Origin: a virus
Lineage: Duplodnaviria; Caudoviricetes
DNA: 24,611 nucleotides
Direction: 5' to 3' (one strand)
IMG/VR virus record: IMGVR_UViG_3300024232_000069
Location: 1-24,611 of that record
Shown here: in pieces, positions 1-7,635 of the stretch
How the letters are laid out: the number at the start of each line of letters is the position of its first letter
How positions within the stretch are numbered: the first letter of the stretch is position 1
Notes under the pieces: model-generated
Seen by the model: the letters and a program-made list of their open reading frames with translations, nothing else
Databases searched by the model: none
Told to the model about the DNA's origin: nothing
Position numbers and translations under genes: made by a program

Positions 1-2
1 CG

Positions 3-1475
3 ACGATCAAGGCAGCGCGCACAGCTGACTCGTTTCAGAACTTTATGTTTAACCTGGGCGTTGGTACGGATAACCCGACAAGCTCAGCGACCTATGGTTT
101 CAACCCGATCACGCGTACGCATACGCTACTCGAATGGATCCATCGAGGTTCATGGATTGGCGGCGTAGCGGTTGATCTGGTTGGCGATGATATGACGCGG
201 GCGGGGGTTGACTTTGTTTCAACAATGCAACCAGATGATGCCGAGCAACTGCAATCCGCCATCATGCGCCTCGGGATCTGGGAAGCCACTAACGATACAG
301 TTAAGTGGTCGCGTTTGTATGGCGGCTGCATCGCTGTCGCACTGATCGATGGACAGAACACTGAAACGCCATTGCGCATCGATACGGTTGGCAAAAACCA
401 ATTCAAAGGACTGATGGTTTTAGATCGCTGGATGGTAGACCCAACGCTCGAGGATCTCATTTCAGACTTCGGCCCGCAGCTTGGGCAGCCTAAATACTAC
501 CGTGTTAATACGGGAGCACCAGCGCTCAGGGGCTCGAAGGTCCACTATAGCAGGTGCATACGGTTGGAGGGCATACGCCTTCCCTACTGGCAGCGCATGG
601 CCGAGAACCTGTGGGGCCTATCGGTACTCGAGCGCTTGTATGATCGATTGATAGCGTTTGATAGCGCGACGCAGGGCGCCTCGCAACTCGTTTATCGGTC
701 ATATCTGCGCACGATCAAAGTTAAGGATCTCCGCGAGGGGATCGCAGCGGGCACTGAAGCGCAAGGCGGGATCTCGCGTTACTTTGATATGATGCGCCGT
801 TTTCAGGGGATTGAAGGCGTCACGCTTATCGATGCCGAGGACGACTTTCAAGCGCAATCGCATACAGCGTTTGGCGGGCTGTCAGACGCCTTGATCCAAT
901 TCGGACAGCAATTGTCAGGCGCTTTGCAAATCCCGCTGGTGCGACTGTTCGGACAGTCTCCCGCCGGGCTTAACAGTTCTGGCGACTCAGACCTACGCAC
1001 TTACTATGACGGGATTAAGCAACAGCAAGAGCGCACGCTGAGAGTGCCCTATGACTGGTTGTTTAGGGTGATCGCGCGCAGTGAAAGTATCAAGCTGCCA
1101 GAGAACTTTAACTTCGAGTTCAAGTCGTTGTATCAGCTAACGCCCGATCAGAAAGCGACAGTCGCGCAAACGCGTGGTGGCATCATCTTGCAGGCAGCTG
1201 TTGATGCGATCATTCCACGTTCGACCGCTTTGAAAGAACTGCGTCAGGTTGGACATGAAACAGGGACATTCACTAACATCACCGACGAGGACATCAAAGC
1301 AGCCGAGGATGAACCATTGCCGGGCAGCATCGAGGCGATGCAGCAACAGCAAGAGATGTTCGGTCAGCCCGGTGTCGCCCCTGAGAACAATCAACCCCAA
1401 GAGGGCATGGGCGGCGATCTCCCCGGGGAGCAAGAGCAACGTAGCGCGCAGCCGAGCTTGCGGAGGGTTGTTTAA
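3..1475 (+). CDS. Portal protein (DUF1073 family), 5'-truncated at window edge
   Basis: Frame stays open upstream of ATG45 (TIKAARTADSFQNFMFNLG), so the true start is outside the window. Motifs typical of DUF1073 portals (WSRLYGG, VLDRW, VHYSR, WGLSVL, IPLVRLFGQSPAGLNSSGDSDLRTYYD). First gene of a head operon. Confidence 0.9.
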   Translation, partial: TIKAARTADSFQNFMFNLGVGTDNPTSSATYGFNPITRTHTLLEWIHRGSWIGGVAVDLVGDDMTRAGVDFVSTMQPDDAEQLQSAIMRLGIWEATNDTVKWSRLYGGCIAVALIDGQNTETPLRIDTVGKNQFKGLMVLDRWMVDPTLEDLISDFGPQLGQPKYYRVNTGAPALRGSKVHYSRCIRLEGIRLPYWQRMAENLWGLSVLERLYDRLIAFDSATQGASQLVYRSYLRTIKVKDLREGIAAGTEAQGGISRYFDMMRRFQGIEGVTLIDAEDDFQAQSHTAFGGLSDALIQFGQQLSGALQIPLVRLFGQSPAGLNSSGDSDLRTYYDGIKQQQERTLRVPYDWLFRVIARSESIKLPENFNFEFKSLYQLTPDQKATVAQTRGGIILQAAVDAIIPRSTALKELRQVGHETGTFTNITDEDIKAAEDEPLPGSIEAMQQQQEMFGQPGVAPENNQPQEGMGGDLPGEQEQRSAQPSLRRVV

Positions 1476-1876
1476 TGAAACGCGTCACTCATATCCACGT
1501 GCATGATTACGGCGTGCCCGGTATGAAGAAGGGGCAGCATAAACAGGAGCCCGCGCACCCATCATCCGGGCACGCCATGTCATATGCTATTATGTCCGGC
1601 GCATTGAGTAAGCAGCACGAGCTACTTAAACGGCATAACGAACGGCTTGCCGCCGCTTCTAAAGCCAAGGCGGCTGGGTTCAAACCCGACCATCCCGACG
1701 GACCCTACGCGCCCCCGGCGTATCATCATAAGGTTGCCGCATCGCCAACCTCTTACACGCCCGAACAGCGCAAGCATTCGCATGAATATCATACAGCCCA
1801 AGGGGCACGACGCAAGGGTGAGGTTGGCGAAGCGCATCGTGCCGCCGCGGCAGCGATCAAGCCGCATCTTGAATAA
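1475..1876 (+). CDS. His-rich basic protein, candidate internal head protein
   Basis: 133 aa, coupled by TAATG overlaps to both the portal and the head morphogenesis gene. N-terminus MKRVTHIHVHDYGVPGMKKG. Function inferred. Confidence 0.65.
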   Translation: MKRVTHIHVHDYGVPGMKKGQHKQEPAHPSSGHAMSYAIMSGALSKQHELLKRHNERLAAASKAKAAGFKPDHPDGPYAPPAYHHKVAASPTSYTPEQRKHSHEYHTAQGARRKGEVGEAHRAAAAAIKPHLE

Positions 1877-2643
1877 TGCCGCCTAACTTTGCCGAGCGAG
1901 ATCGTTTAAGGTTGCTGCGTCGCCGCTTCGCTCGCGCACGCAGGGTCGAGGCATGGTATGGCATTCAACTGCGCAAGATCGCGCACCAGATCGGCTTGTT
2001 AACTGGCATCTACGATCCCGACGATTTAACTTCAACTAATAAGTTAGTCGATGCGCTGCGCCATTACGCCCGCATCATCTTACCCTGGGCACGCAATACG
2101 GCGACGCGCATGTTAGCCGACGTTTCAGCGCGCGACCAACAAATGTGGAATGACTTGGCGCGCCAGATGGGTATCAGCATCCGCACAGAGATCGCATCGG
2201 CGCCAACAGGCGATTTGATGCGCGGCTTATTACAAGAGCAAGTGGGGCTTATTACAAGCATCCCGCTTGATGCAGCATCTAGGGTACAGAAGCTCGCCGT
2301 TGAGGGGCTAACAGAGGGGTCCAGAGGGTCCACTATTCGGGATATGCTGCTTGCATCGGGGCAGGTCAGCAAGAGCAAAGCAACACTTATCGCACGCACG
2401 GAATCGGCGCGCGTCGCGTCCACGCTCATGCAAGCTCGTGCTGAGCATATCGGTTCAGAGGGTTATATCTGGCGCACGGTTAGGGATGCGGATGTGCGCC
2501 CTCGCCATCGCAAACTCGAGGGTAAGTATATCAAGTGGGACGACCCACCCGTGGCGGGGGAGAGCGGGGAGCGAGCGCACGCCGGACAGATATACAATTG
2601 CCGCTGTTTCGCTGAGCCAATACTCCCTTCGTTCAAAGGTTGA
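1876..2643 (+). CDS. Head morphogenesis protein (SPP1 gp7 / Mu gpF family)
   Basis: Motifs LIARTE, YIWRTVRDADVRPRH, HAGQIYNCRC; position after the portal. Confidence 0.9.
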   Translation: MPPNFAERDRLRLLRRRFARARRVEAWYGIQLRKIAHQIGLLTGIYDPDDLTSTNKLVDALRHYARIILPWARNTATRMLADVSARDQQMWNDLARQMGISIRTEIASAPTGDLMRGLLQEQVGLITSIPLDAASRVQKLAVEGLTEGSRGSTIRDMLLASGQVSKSKATLIARTESARVASTLMQARAEHIGSEGYIWRTVRDADVRPRHRKLEGKYIKWDDPPVAGESGERAHAGQIYNCRCFAEPILPSFKG

Positions 2644-2647
2644 AACG

Positions 2648-2848
2648 ATGCCCGAGGATATCGAACCGATACTACAGTTCTTCAACTATTTTCATCTGCC
2701 CCAACGTCTACAAGAAACTTCAGCGAAGTTTCATGCTCTGGCGTGGGAGATGGTTAAAACGTTGCCGCGCAACCCTGAGAGAACTGTCGCCCTTCGCAAG
2801 CTTCTCGAGGCGAAGGATGCGGCTGTGAGAGCACTGCTTTTCATGTAA
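2648..2848 (+). CDS. Small helical-hairpin phage protein, candidate Acb2/Tad1-like nucleotide sponge
   Basis: 66 aa from ATG2648 (AAAGGT upstream): MPEDIEPILQFFNYFHLP...LPRNPERTVALRKLLEAKDAAVRALL. I recognise this as a widespread phage family; the sponge assignment is inference. Confidence 0.7.
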   Translation: MPEDIEPILQFFNYFHLPQRLQETSAKFHALAWEMVKTLPRNPERTVALRKLLEAKDAAVRALLFM

Positions 2849-2871
2849 ACATGCGTTGAGGGAGGCATACG

Positions 2872-3276
2872 ATGTTGGTTCTGCCCAGCGATAGCCAACA
2901 GCTGCTGCTTAGCTGTAACTATGACGAGACAGGGCTTGCATGGGTCGACATTTTCGATAACCCATTGCTCGGCTGGATCGCAGATGAAACGGGTGCGGAA
3001 GAGGTCGCGCCAGTTGTCGTTGGGCTCTTGCCCCCCGCCAGCGTTGATACATCTCCGGTGCTCTCGCCGCGATGGGCGCATTGCGTGGTACCCAGCGTTT
3101 ACGTGCCCGATCTCTGGCGGGGTGACCTTAACTCCTTCTTCACGTGGTTGGCGACGAACAATGGCGCGCAGCGCCTGGTGCGCGGTAACTTCCGCAATCC
3201 AAACGTTGCCAATGCGATGATGTTTTGGGCTTCAAACAACATAGCGTTGTTTAACCCAGAGCCCTTCATAAGTTAA
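2872..3276 (+). CDS. Hypothetical protein
   Basis: 134 aa ORF with a strong RBS (GGGAGG) upstream of ATG, co-oriented with its neighbours. Confidence 0.7.
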   Translation: MLVLPSDSQQLLLSCNYDETGLAWVDIFDNPLLGWIADETGAEEVAPVVVGLLPPASVDTSPVLSPRWAHCVVPSVYVPDLWRGDLNSFFTWLATNNGAQRLVRGNFRNPNVANAMMFWASNNIALFNPEPFIS

Positions 3277-3279
3277 CGT

Positions 3280-3397
3280 CGGCAGGAGGAGAGCATGTAA
3301 CCGTTAAGCTCCGTTTGGACACAAATAAGCCAATTTCCTGTCGCCCTCACGACAGTGTCAAGCGACTCTCTCGGGATCCCCCCGGCTGTCGTGAGGG
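3280..3397 (+). other. Structured intergenic RNA element (three-way junction plus long hairpin)
   Basis: Stem 3280-3289/3334-3343 (G.U pairs valid on the + strand) encloses two hairpins, GAGC..GCTC and TTGG..CCAA. It is followed at once by a perfect 12-bp stem, 3344-3355/3386-3397. Confidence 0.45.
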
Positions 3398-3411
3398 TTG
3401 AGGATGCAGTA

Positions 3412-3762
3412 ATGATCGATATCGATGACAGCCCGCACCGTGACCAGTTAATGAGCGTGATAACGCAGGCTCTCGACGGAATCAGGGCGCGCCATGATGG
3501 CGTCACGGAAAGCTATGCGCGGGATGTGCGCATGATGCTGAACGACTGGCGCAGGTGGTGTGCACGGCAAGGGGTTTCGTTTCCACAAATGGCTGTCATG
3601 CCCCTGCTGAGCGCTAATACGCTCGCTGTGGTACGACGGGATCTGGACCGCCGATCACTCGAGGTCGCTTTGTGCAATCTCTTGACAGCCCACCCGATGC
3701 TTGACCCGCGCGAGCTTGCAACGGTCGCTAAGCGGGAGTTCCCTGGGTACAGCCCCATATAG
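3412..3762 (+). CDS. Hypothetical protein
   Basis: GAGGA 7 nt before ATG3412 (MIDIDDSPHRDQL...), 116 aa; the longer GTG3355 start lies inside the hairpin region. Confidence 0.6.
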   Translation: MIDIDDSPHRDQLMSVITQALDGIRARHDGVTESYARDVRMMLNDWRRWCARQGVSFPQMAVMPLLSANTLAVVRRDLDRRSLEVALCNLLTAHPMLDPRELATVAKREFPGYSPI

Positions 3763-3765
3763 CAA

Positions 3766-3793
3766 GGGTCCCAAGGCACAAGCCCTGAGACCC
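3766..3793 (-). terminator. Stem-loop ending the minus-strand island transcript
   Basis: Minus strand GGGTCTCAGGGC-TTGT-GCCTTGGGACCC is a 12-bp stem that pairs fully (two G.U) only on that strand, between convergent genes. The U-tract is weak. Confidence 0.5.
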
Positions 3794-3818
3794 CGTTCAA
3801 GCGTTTGTGAGCGATATG

Positions 3819-4022
3819 TTAGAGGCAGAAGCCGTGCGTCAATGTCTCGGGGCTCGCTGCGTCCAGGCTCTCGAAGCAGGATAGCAGATGAAAGAGGTTG
3901 TGATACTCATGCTCTGTGCTATCGTAGCGCTCGCGATGTGCTCGCTCTATGTCGGGGTTGTCGCGCAGTAGCTCTGTTAAAAGCTCGACCTGAGCTTGTG
4001 ACAACATGATTTGGTAAGCCAT
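3819..4022 (-). CDS. Hypothetical protein
   Basis: AAGGGAG RBS before ATG (MAYQIMLSQAQVELL...HGFCL), 67 aa, directly downstream of the 4028-4384 ORF. Confidence 0.65.
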   Translation of the reverse strand: MAYQIMLSQAQVELLTELLRDNPDIERAHRERYDSTEHEYHNLFHLLSCFESLDAASPETLTHGFCL

Positions 4023-4027
4023 ATCGA

Positions 4028-4384
4028 TTACTCCCTTGGGACGAGGCGCAACATGTCGCGCGTTACATAGCTCTCGCCGAGATTGTAAAAGGTCATGTAT
4101 TGGTTCGGCGGCCGTTGATAGCAGGACAGCGCCGCCTTGAATGGTGTATCGACCTTGTTCCATGTGACGCGCGTTGAGTAGAGCTTGCCGTTCTCGTCAC
4201 GTAGCACGATCGCCCAGAACGTGTCCTTACCTGTGATGGTATGTCCTGGCGCGAGGTTGACCCTTGGCATCGCGAACTCGTCGGGAATGGACTCCACGCA
4301 GCGATATCCGCAATCAGCGCAAACGTCGTCTGGCATCGGGCACCTGGCTATCGACGGCCGAATGTTGATTATGGCGCGTGCCAT
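4028..4384 (-). CDS. Hypothetical protein with N-terminal Cys cluster (CPMPDDVCADCGYRC)
   Basis: GGAG 8 nt before ATG4384 (MARAIINIRP...); alternative ATG at 4390. Confidence 0.65.
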   Translation of the reverse strand: MARAIINIRPSIARCPMPDDVCADCGYRCVESIPDEFAMPRVNLAPGHTITGKDTFWAIVLRDENGKLYSTRVTWNKVDTPFKAALSCYQRPPNQYMTFYNLGESYVTRDMLRLVPRE

Positions 4385-4403
4385 GTTCATAGCTCCAAAA
4401 TGA

Positions 4404-4435
4404 GAGATCGCGCTAGAGCATACCAGCGCGATCTC
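4404..4435 (-). promoter_or_regulatory. Intergenic stem-loop (stability, processing or attenuation)
   Basis: GAGATCGCGCT...AGCGCGATCTC, an 11-bp perfect stem (13 bp with a G.U pair on the minus strand), just upstream of the RBS of the 4384 ORF. Confidence 0.5.
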
Positions 4436-4446
4436 GGGTTGAGCGC

Positions 4447-4878
4447 TCAGCGCTTGCAAACGGTGGGGATGGCGAAGGGCAGACCTCTGCGGCGCAAGCT
4501 TGTTTCGTAGCCCGCGGTCTTGACCTGGAGCTTCGGGTGAGCGATTGGCGCGCGCATTTGATCGCAGAGATACGGACCGTTGGTATGCGCGAGCTTGCCG
4601 ACCTCGGTCTGGCTCTCAGGGATCATGGTCACGCGTGACCACTTGATCTTGTAGGACGGATCGACAGCGCGGATAGCGGCTGCGATCATGCGGCCGTTCT
4701 CGTAGCTCTTTTGGCAAACAACGTCGGCGGTCTCGTAATCGTGCGGGAAGGGCTTGCCCTGGTTGCCATCAAGCTGGCCGCGCCGAAACCAGGATATCCG
4801 CGCCATCCACTCTTGGGTGACGGGTCCGGGCTGGAGGCTCACGCTTTTAGCGAAGCTATTGATAATGCGTTCTGACAT
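4447..4878 (-). CDS. Hypothetical protein
   Basis: GAGGA RBS then ATG4878 (MSERIINSFAK...), 143 aa, behind promoter cassette 1. Confidence 0.7.
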   Translation of the reverse strand: MSERIINSFAKSVSLQPGPVTQEWMARISWFRRGQLDGNQGKPFPHDYETADVVCQKSYENGRMIAAAIRAVDPSYKIKWSRVTMIPESQTEVGKLAHTNGPYLCDQMRAPIAHPKLQVKTAGYETSLRRRGLPFAIPTVCKR

Positions 4879-4888
4879 GGTGAAAGTG

Positions 4889-4958
4889 TCCTCTTTGTTC
4901 GCGCGTTCTCGCGCAAGCGCTTGATAGGTGAGTGGGGCCGCTCTCGCAAGCATAAAAA
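4889..4958 (-). promoter_or_regulatory. Promoter / stem-loop / RBS cassette 1
   Basis: TTTTT-ATGC-TTGCGA-N17-TATCAA-GCGCTT-GCGCG(AGAA)CGCGC-GAACAAA-GAGGA. Confidence 0.7.
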
Positions 4959-4973
4959 GCGGCCCGGATCAGA

Positions 4974-5198
4974 TTATTCTTCGTCGTCGTATTCGTGGGT
5001 GCAGGTATCGAAGGTCTCGGTGACCTGAGTGCGCAATGCTGCGACCGCTCGGTGCATCTCGGCATGGTCCGCGAACTCATACATGCCGGTCTGGCGGTCA
5101 GCACCCGCGACCTCGTAATCGTAGTTCGCTGCGGGCCAGAGTTCGTCAGCGATAGCGGCGAGTCCGGCGGGAAGGGTAACAAGGTAGCGAATCGTCAT
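4974..5198 (-). CDS. Hypothetical protein with acidic C-terminus
   Basis: AGGAG RBS, 74 aa, ends HEYDDEE; behind cassette 2. Confidence 0.7.
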   Translation of the reverse strand: MTIRYLVTLPAGLAAIADELWPAANYDYEVAGADRQTGMYEFADHAEMHRAVAALRTQVTETFDTCTHEYDDEE

Positions 5199-5205
5199 TG
5201 AAGTT

Positions 5206-5274
5206 CTCCTGTTGTGCAGCGCTCTCGCTGCGAGCGCTTTATCTCATATACGCACCAACTTAGCAAGCACAAAA
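5206..5274 (-). promoter_or_regulatory. Promoter / stem-loop / RBS cassette 2
   Basis: TTTT-GTGC-TTGCTA-N17-GATAAA-GCGCTC-GCAGCG(AGAG)CGCTGC-ACAAC-AGGAG. Confidence 0.7.
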
Positions 5275-5321
5275 TTGTTGCTCAGTCGGCGAGGTCCTTG
5301 TTGCTAGAGGGGTAGGGGGGC

Positions 5322-5519
5322 TCAGCGCTTAGCGCGCTGAGCGATGTTAGCGGCTCGCGCAGCGCGCTCGGCAGCGAGCCGTAAGCGGTTGCGCAAGCGG
5401 GTTTCTTGGATCTCGGAGAGTTCGTCCCCTCGGCAGGGGGCGTGCGGAATGGCTCCGCAGTAAGGGCAGGTGGCGTAGGGATCTTGTACGTTGGGGTCGA
5501 TGTCGCAAGGCGTGGTCAT
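5322..5519 (-). CDS. Small zinc-finger-like protein
   Basis: GAGGA RBS, ATG5519, 65 aa; CPYCGAIPHAPC followed by an Arg/Ala-rich helix; behind cassette 3. Confidence 0.7.
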   Translation of the reverse strand: MTTPCDIDPNVQDPYATCPYCGAIPHAPCRGDELSEIQETRLRNRLRLAAERAARAANIAQRAKR

Positions 5520-5527
5520 CGTAGGGG

Positions 5528-5592
5528 TCCTCTTGGTTGCTCTCAACAAAGCGAGATATCGGTCATTCTGGTGCTTGTTGCAAGCGAAAAAA
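5528..5592 (-). promoter_or_regulatory. Promoter / stem-loop / RBS cassette 3
   Basis: TTTTTT-CGC-TTGCAA-N17-GATATC-TCGCTTT-GTTG(AGAG)CAAC-CAA-GAGGA. Confidence 0.7.
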
Positions 5593-5620
5593 GCCGCTCT
5601 TGGCAAAAAAGGTTACGCGG

Positions 5621-7075
5621 ATGCTATACTACACGGACGAGCAACTGGGACCCACGCGCAGCAAGACGCCCGAGGGGTATCTACTGTGCGAAGGCGTGCC
5701 GCTCGCTCGTACGGGCATCATGCTCTATATGGCCGGGGAAACGCCTGTTGAGCCCGCCCCCGGGGAGCGCGAGGTGCGGATCCATCGACAGCCGGAAGAG
5801 GTTTTCGATCCGCGCACGATCGCGAGCTATGTGGGCAAGCCATTAACGAACGACCATCCCGATGATGATGTAACGCCAAGCTCATGGCGCGATCTGGCTT
5901 GCGGCATCATCATGAACCCACGTAGGGGTGAGGGCGATCTACAGGACTGCTTGCTAGGGGATGTTCTGGCGACAGATCCATCTGTGATCGCGATGATTGA
6001 AAGAAACGAGAAGACCCACGTATCGGTTGGCTATGATGCCGATTACGAGGAGATCGCCCCGGGCGTTGGAGTGCAGAAGAACATCCGCGTTAATCATGTG
6101 GCGCTCGTTGAGGAAGGGCGCTGCGGCCCACGGTGCCAGATTGGTGATTCCAAACCAACGGAGAAAAAGAGAATGAGTTATCTCACCGCCGCTTTGCATC
6201 GTGCGTTTAAGGCGAAGGATGCAAAAGAACTCGATGCCATCGAGGAGGAAGTTAAAAAGGACAATCCCGAACTCGCGGAGAATAACATGGGTGCAGGCGA
6301 ACAACACGTACATGTGCATCTTGGCAGCGCTGATACCCCTGTCAAAGATGACGAGGAGACCGAGATGGCAGAAGGTGGTTCAACAGAGGAACGCCTCTCG
6401 CGGGTCGAGTCGCTGCTTGAAGCATTGCTCGATAGGATGAACGGCGGCGAGGGCGAGGATAGCAAGCCAAAAGATCGCAAGGGCAAAGATAAGAAGGACG
6501 AGGTGCCTGAGCAGTTCAAGAAAAAGGATGATGACGAGGACGCCGATAAAGAAGACAAGAAAAAGGATACCGACGACGCCATGGATGATGAAACGGTTAA
6601 AGCGCTTGGGTTTGAAGCCCCGCCCGGGACCGACGATCGGGCTGGCAAAGCGCGCGACAGCGCTTATCTCGCGGATGCTTGGCAACAGCATGTTGCATAT
6701 GCTGAGATAATCGCGCCCGGCGCTCGTATGCCAACATTTGACAGCGCGGCGCGCCCAGCTGTTACCCTTACCAAGCTCTGCGGCGCGCGCGTGCAACTTC
6801 TCGAGCACGCTTATTCATCGCAAGATAAGGCTCGCGCGATCATTGACGAGATCAACGGCAACCGCGTGCTCGATTTCAAACGTATGACCTGCGACTCAGC
6901 GCGCGTTATGATCGCCGCTGTCGCTGCCGAGATTGGCAAAGCGAACAATGCCGGAACAGGCTTTGGCGGTTGGTCAGCGCGGCAGGGTTCGTCGGGCGGA
7001 ACAGGCGTGAAGGGCAAGATCGTTACGCCAGCCGATCTTAACAAGATGGCACGCGAGATGTATAAGCGCGCGTGA
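5621..7075 (+). CDS. Prohead protease / scaffold protein (DUF2213 family)
   Basis: ATG5621 (MLYYTDEQLGPTRSKTPEGYLLCEGVPLARTG); motifs GKPLTNDHP, SVGYDADY, NHVALVEEGRCGPRCQIGDS; charged low-complexity scaffold C-terminal half. Confidence 0.9.
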   Translation: MLYYTDEQLGPTRSKTPEGYLLCEGVPLARTGIMLYMAGETPVEPAPGEREVRIHRQPEEVFDPRTIASYVGKPLTNDHPDDDVTPSSWRDLACGIIMNPRRGEGDLQDCLLGDVLATDPSVIAMIERNEKTHVSVGYDADYEEIAPGVGVQKNIRVNHVALVEEGRCGPRCQIGDSKPTEKKRMSYLTAALHRAFKAKDAKELDAIEEEVKKDNPELAENNMGAGEQHVHVHLGSADTPVKDDEETEMAEGGSTEERLSRVESLLEALLDRMNGGEGEDSKPKDRKGKDKKDEVPEQFKKKDDDEDADKEDKKKDTDDAMDDETVKALGFEAPPGTDDRAGKARDSAYLADAWQQHVAYAEIIAPGARMPTFDSAARPAVTLTKLCGARVQLLEHAYSSQDKARAIIDEINGNRVLDFKRMTCDSARVMIAAVAAEIGKANNAGTGFGGWSARQGSSGGTGVKGKIVTPADLNKMAREMYKRA

Positions 7076-7110
7076 AGTTTAACCTCAACCCCTGAAACGG
7101 AGTAACAACC

Positions 7111-7635
7111 TTGGTTGCAATTCTCTACAGGATGCAAGCGGGTTTCCCTGGTGATCCCAACCGCGCGCATCCGTTCTCCATTGAACCGTGCCTGGTTCAT
7201 GCGACAACGCCTCCAACAGCCTTTGGCCAGCCGGTTGTCATCGATGCGACAACTAACACGGTCCGCCCGATGGTCGCGGGCGATGTTTCCTCAACGGTGA
7301 TCTGGGGCATCACGGTGCGCCCATATCCCTTTCAAGCGCCGTTTGGGACGGCTTATGGCGGAGCTGCGTTTGGTGCTGCTACGCCCGCTCCGTTGAGCGC
7401 GATTGATGTCCTCCGTTCGGGTTACATCATGGGGATCTTAAACGCGGGTTCAGCAGCGGTTAAGAAGGGCTCGCCCGTTTTCGTCTGGACAGCTGTGACA
7501 TCTGGTAACCATATCCAGGGCGGGTTTGAATCGGCGGCGAATGCGGGCAATACCGCAGCCCTCGACCCAACGCGCTACATGTACAACGGTCCGGCCGACG
7601 CGCTCGGGAACGTTGAAATCATTTGCAACCCGTAA
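7111..7635 (+). CDS. Capsid decoration / cement protein
   Basis: TTG start with GGAG 8 nt upstream; LYRMxxGxPGD N-terminus, GITVRPYP, DVLRSGY; lies between protease and capsid genes. Confidence 0.8.
   Translation: MVAILYRMQAGFPGDPNRAHPFSIEPCLVHATTPPTAFGQPVVIDATTNTVRPMVAGDVSSTVIWGITVRPYPFQAPFGTAYGGAAFGAATPAPLSAIDVLRSGYIMGILNAGSAAVKKGSPVFVWTAVTSGNHIQGGFESAANAGNTAALDPTRYMYNGPADALGNVEIICNP

Noticed and set aside
3-1475. Anti-CBASS Acb1 label that DUF1073 proteins sometimes receive
   Set aside because: No paired HxT/S 2H-phosphoesterase domain is visible; position and motifs fit a portal.
1876-2643. MuF polymorphic toxin
   Set aside because: The protein ends shortly after NCRC with no C-terminal toxin extension.
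2351-2647. Long 165-aa version of the 2648 ORF
   Set aside because: Overlaps the gpF gene out of frame; the RBS supports ATG2648.
3281-3345. tRNA gene
   Set aside because: An acceptor-like stem is present, but there are only two arms, no TTC T-loop and no anticodon arm.
3766-3793. Twister ribozyme (GGTCCCAAG / AAGCCC words)
   Set aside because: The words are not arranged as the twister core and the flanking conserved elements are missing; a simple hairpin explains it.
4431-4459. Fourth promoter cassette (TTGCAA on the minus strand)
   Set aside because: No T-tract, no -10-like hexamer at 17 nt, and a different hairpin; kept only as a stem-loop.
5308-5320. G-quadruplex
   Set aside because: Only two G-tracts.
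5537-5620. TTG5537 start for the protease
   Set aside because: Overlaps the minus-strand promoter cassette; the family-like sequence begins at ATG5621.
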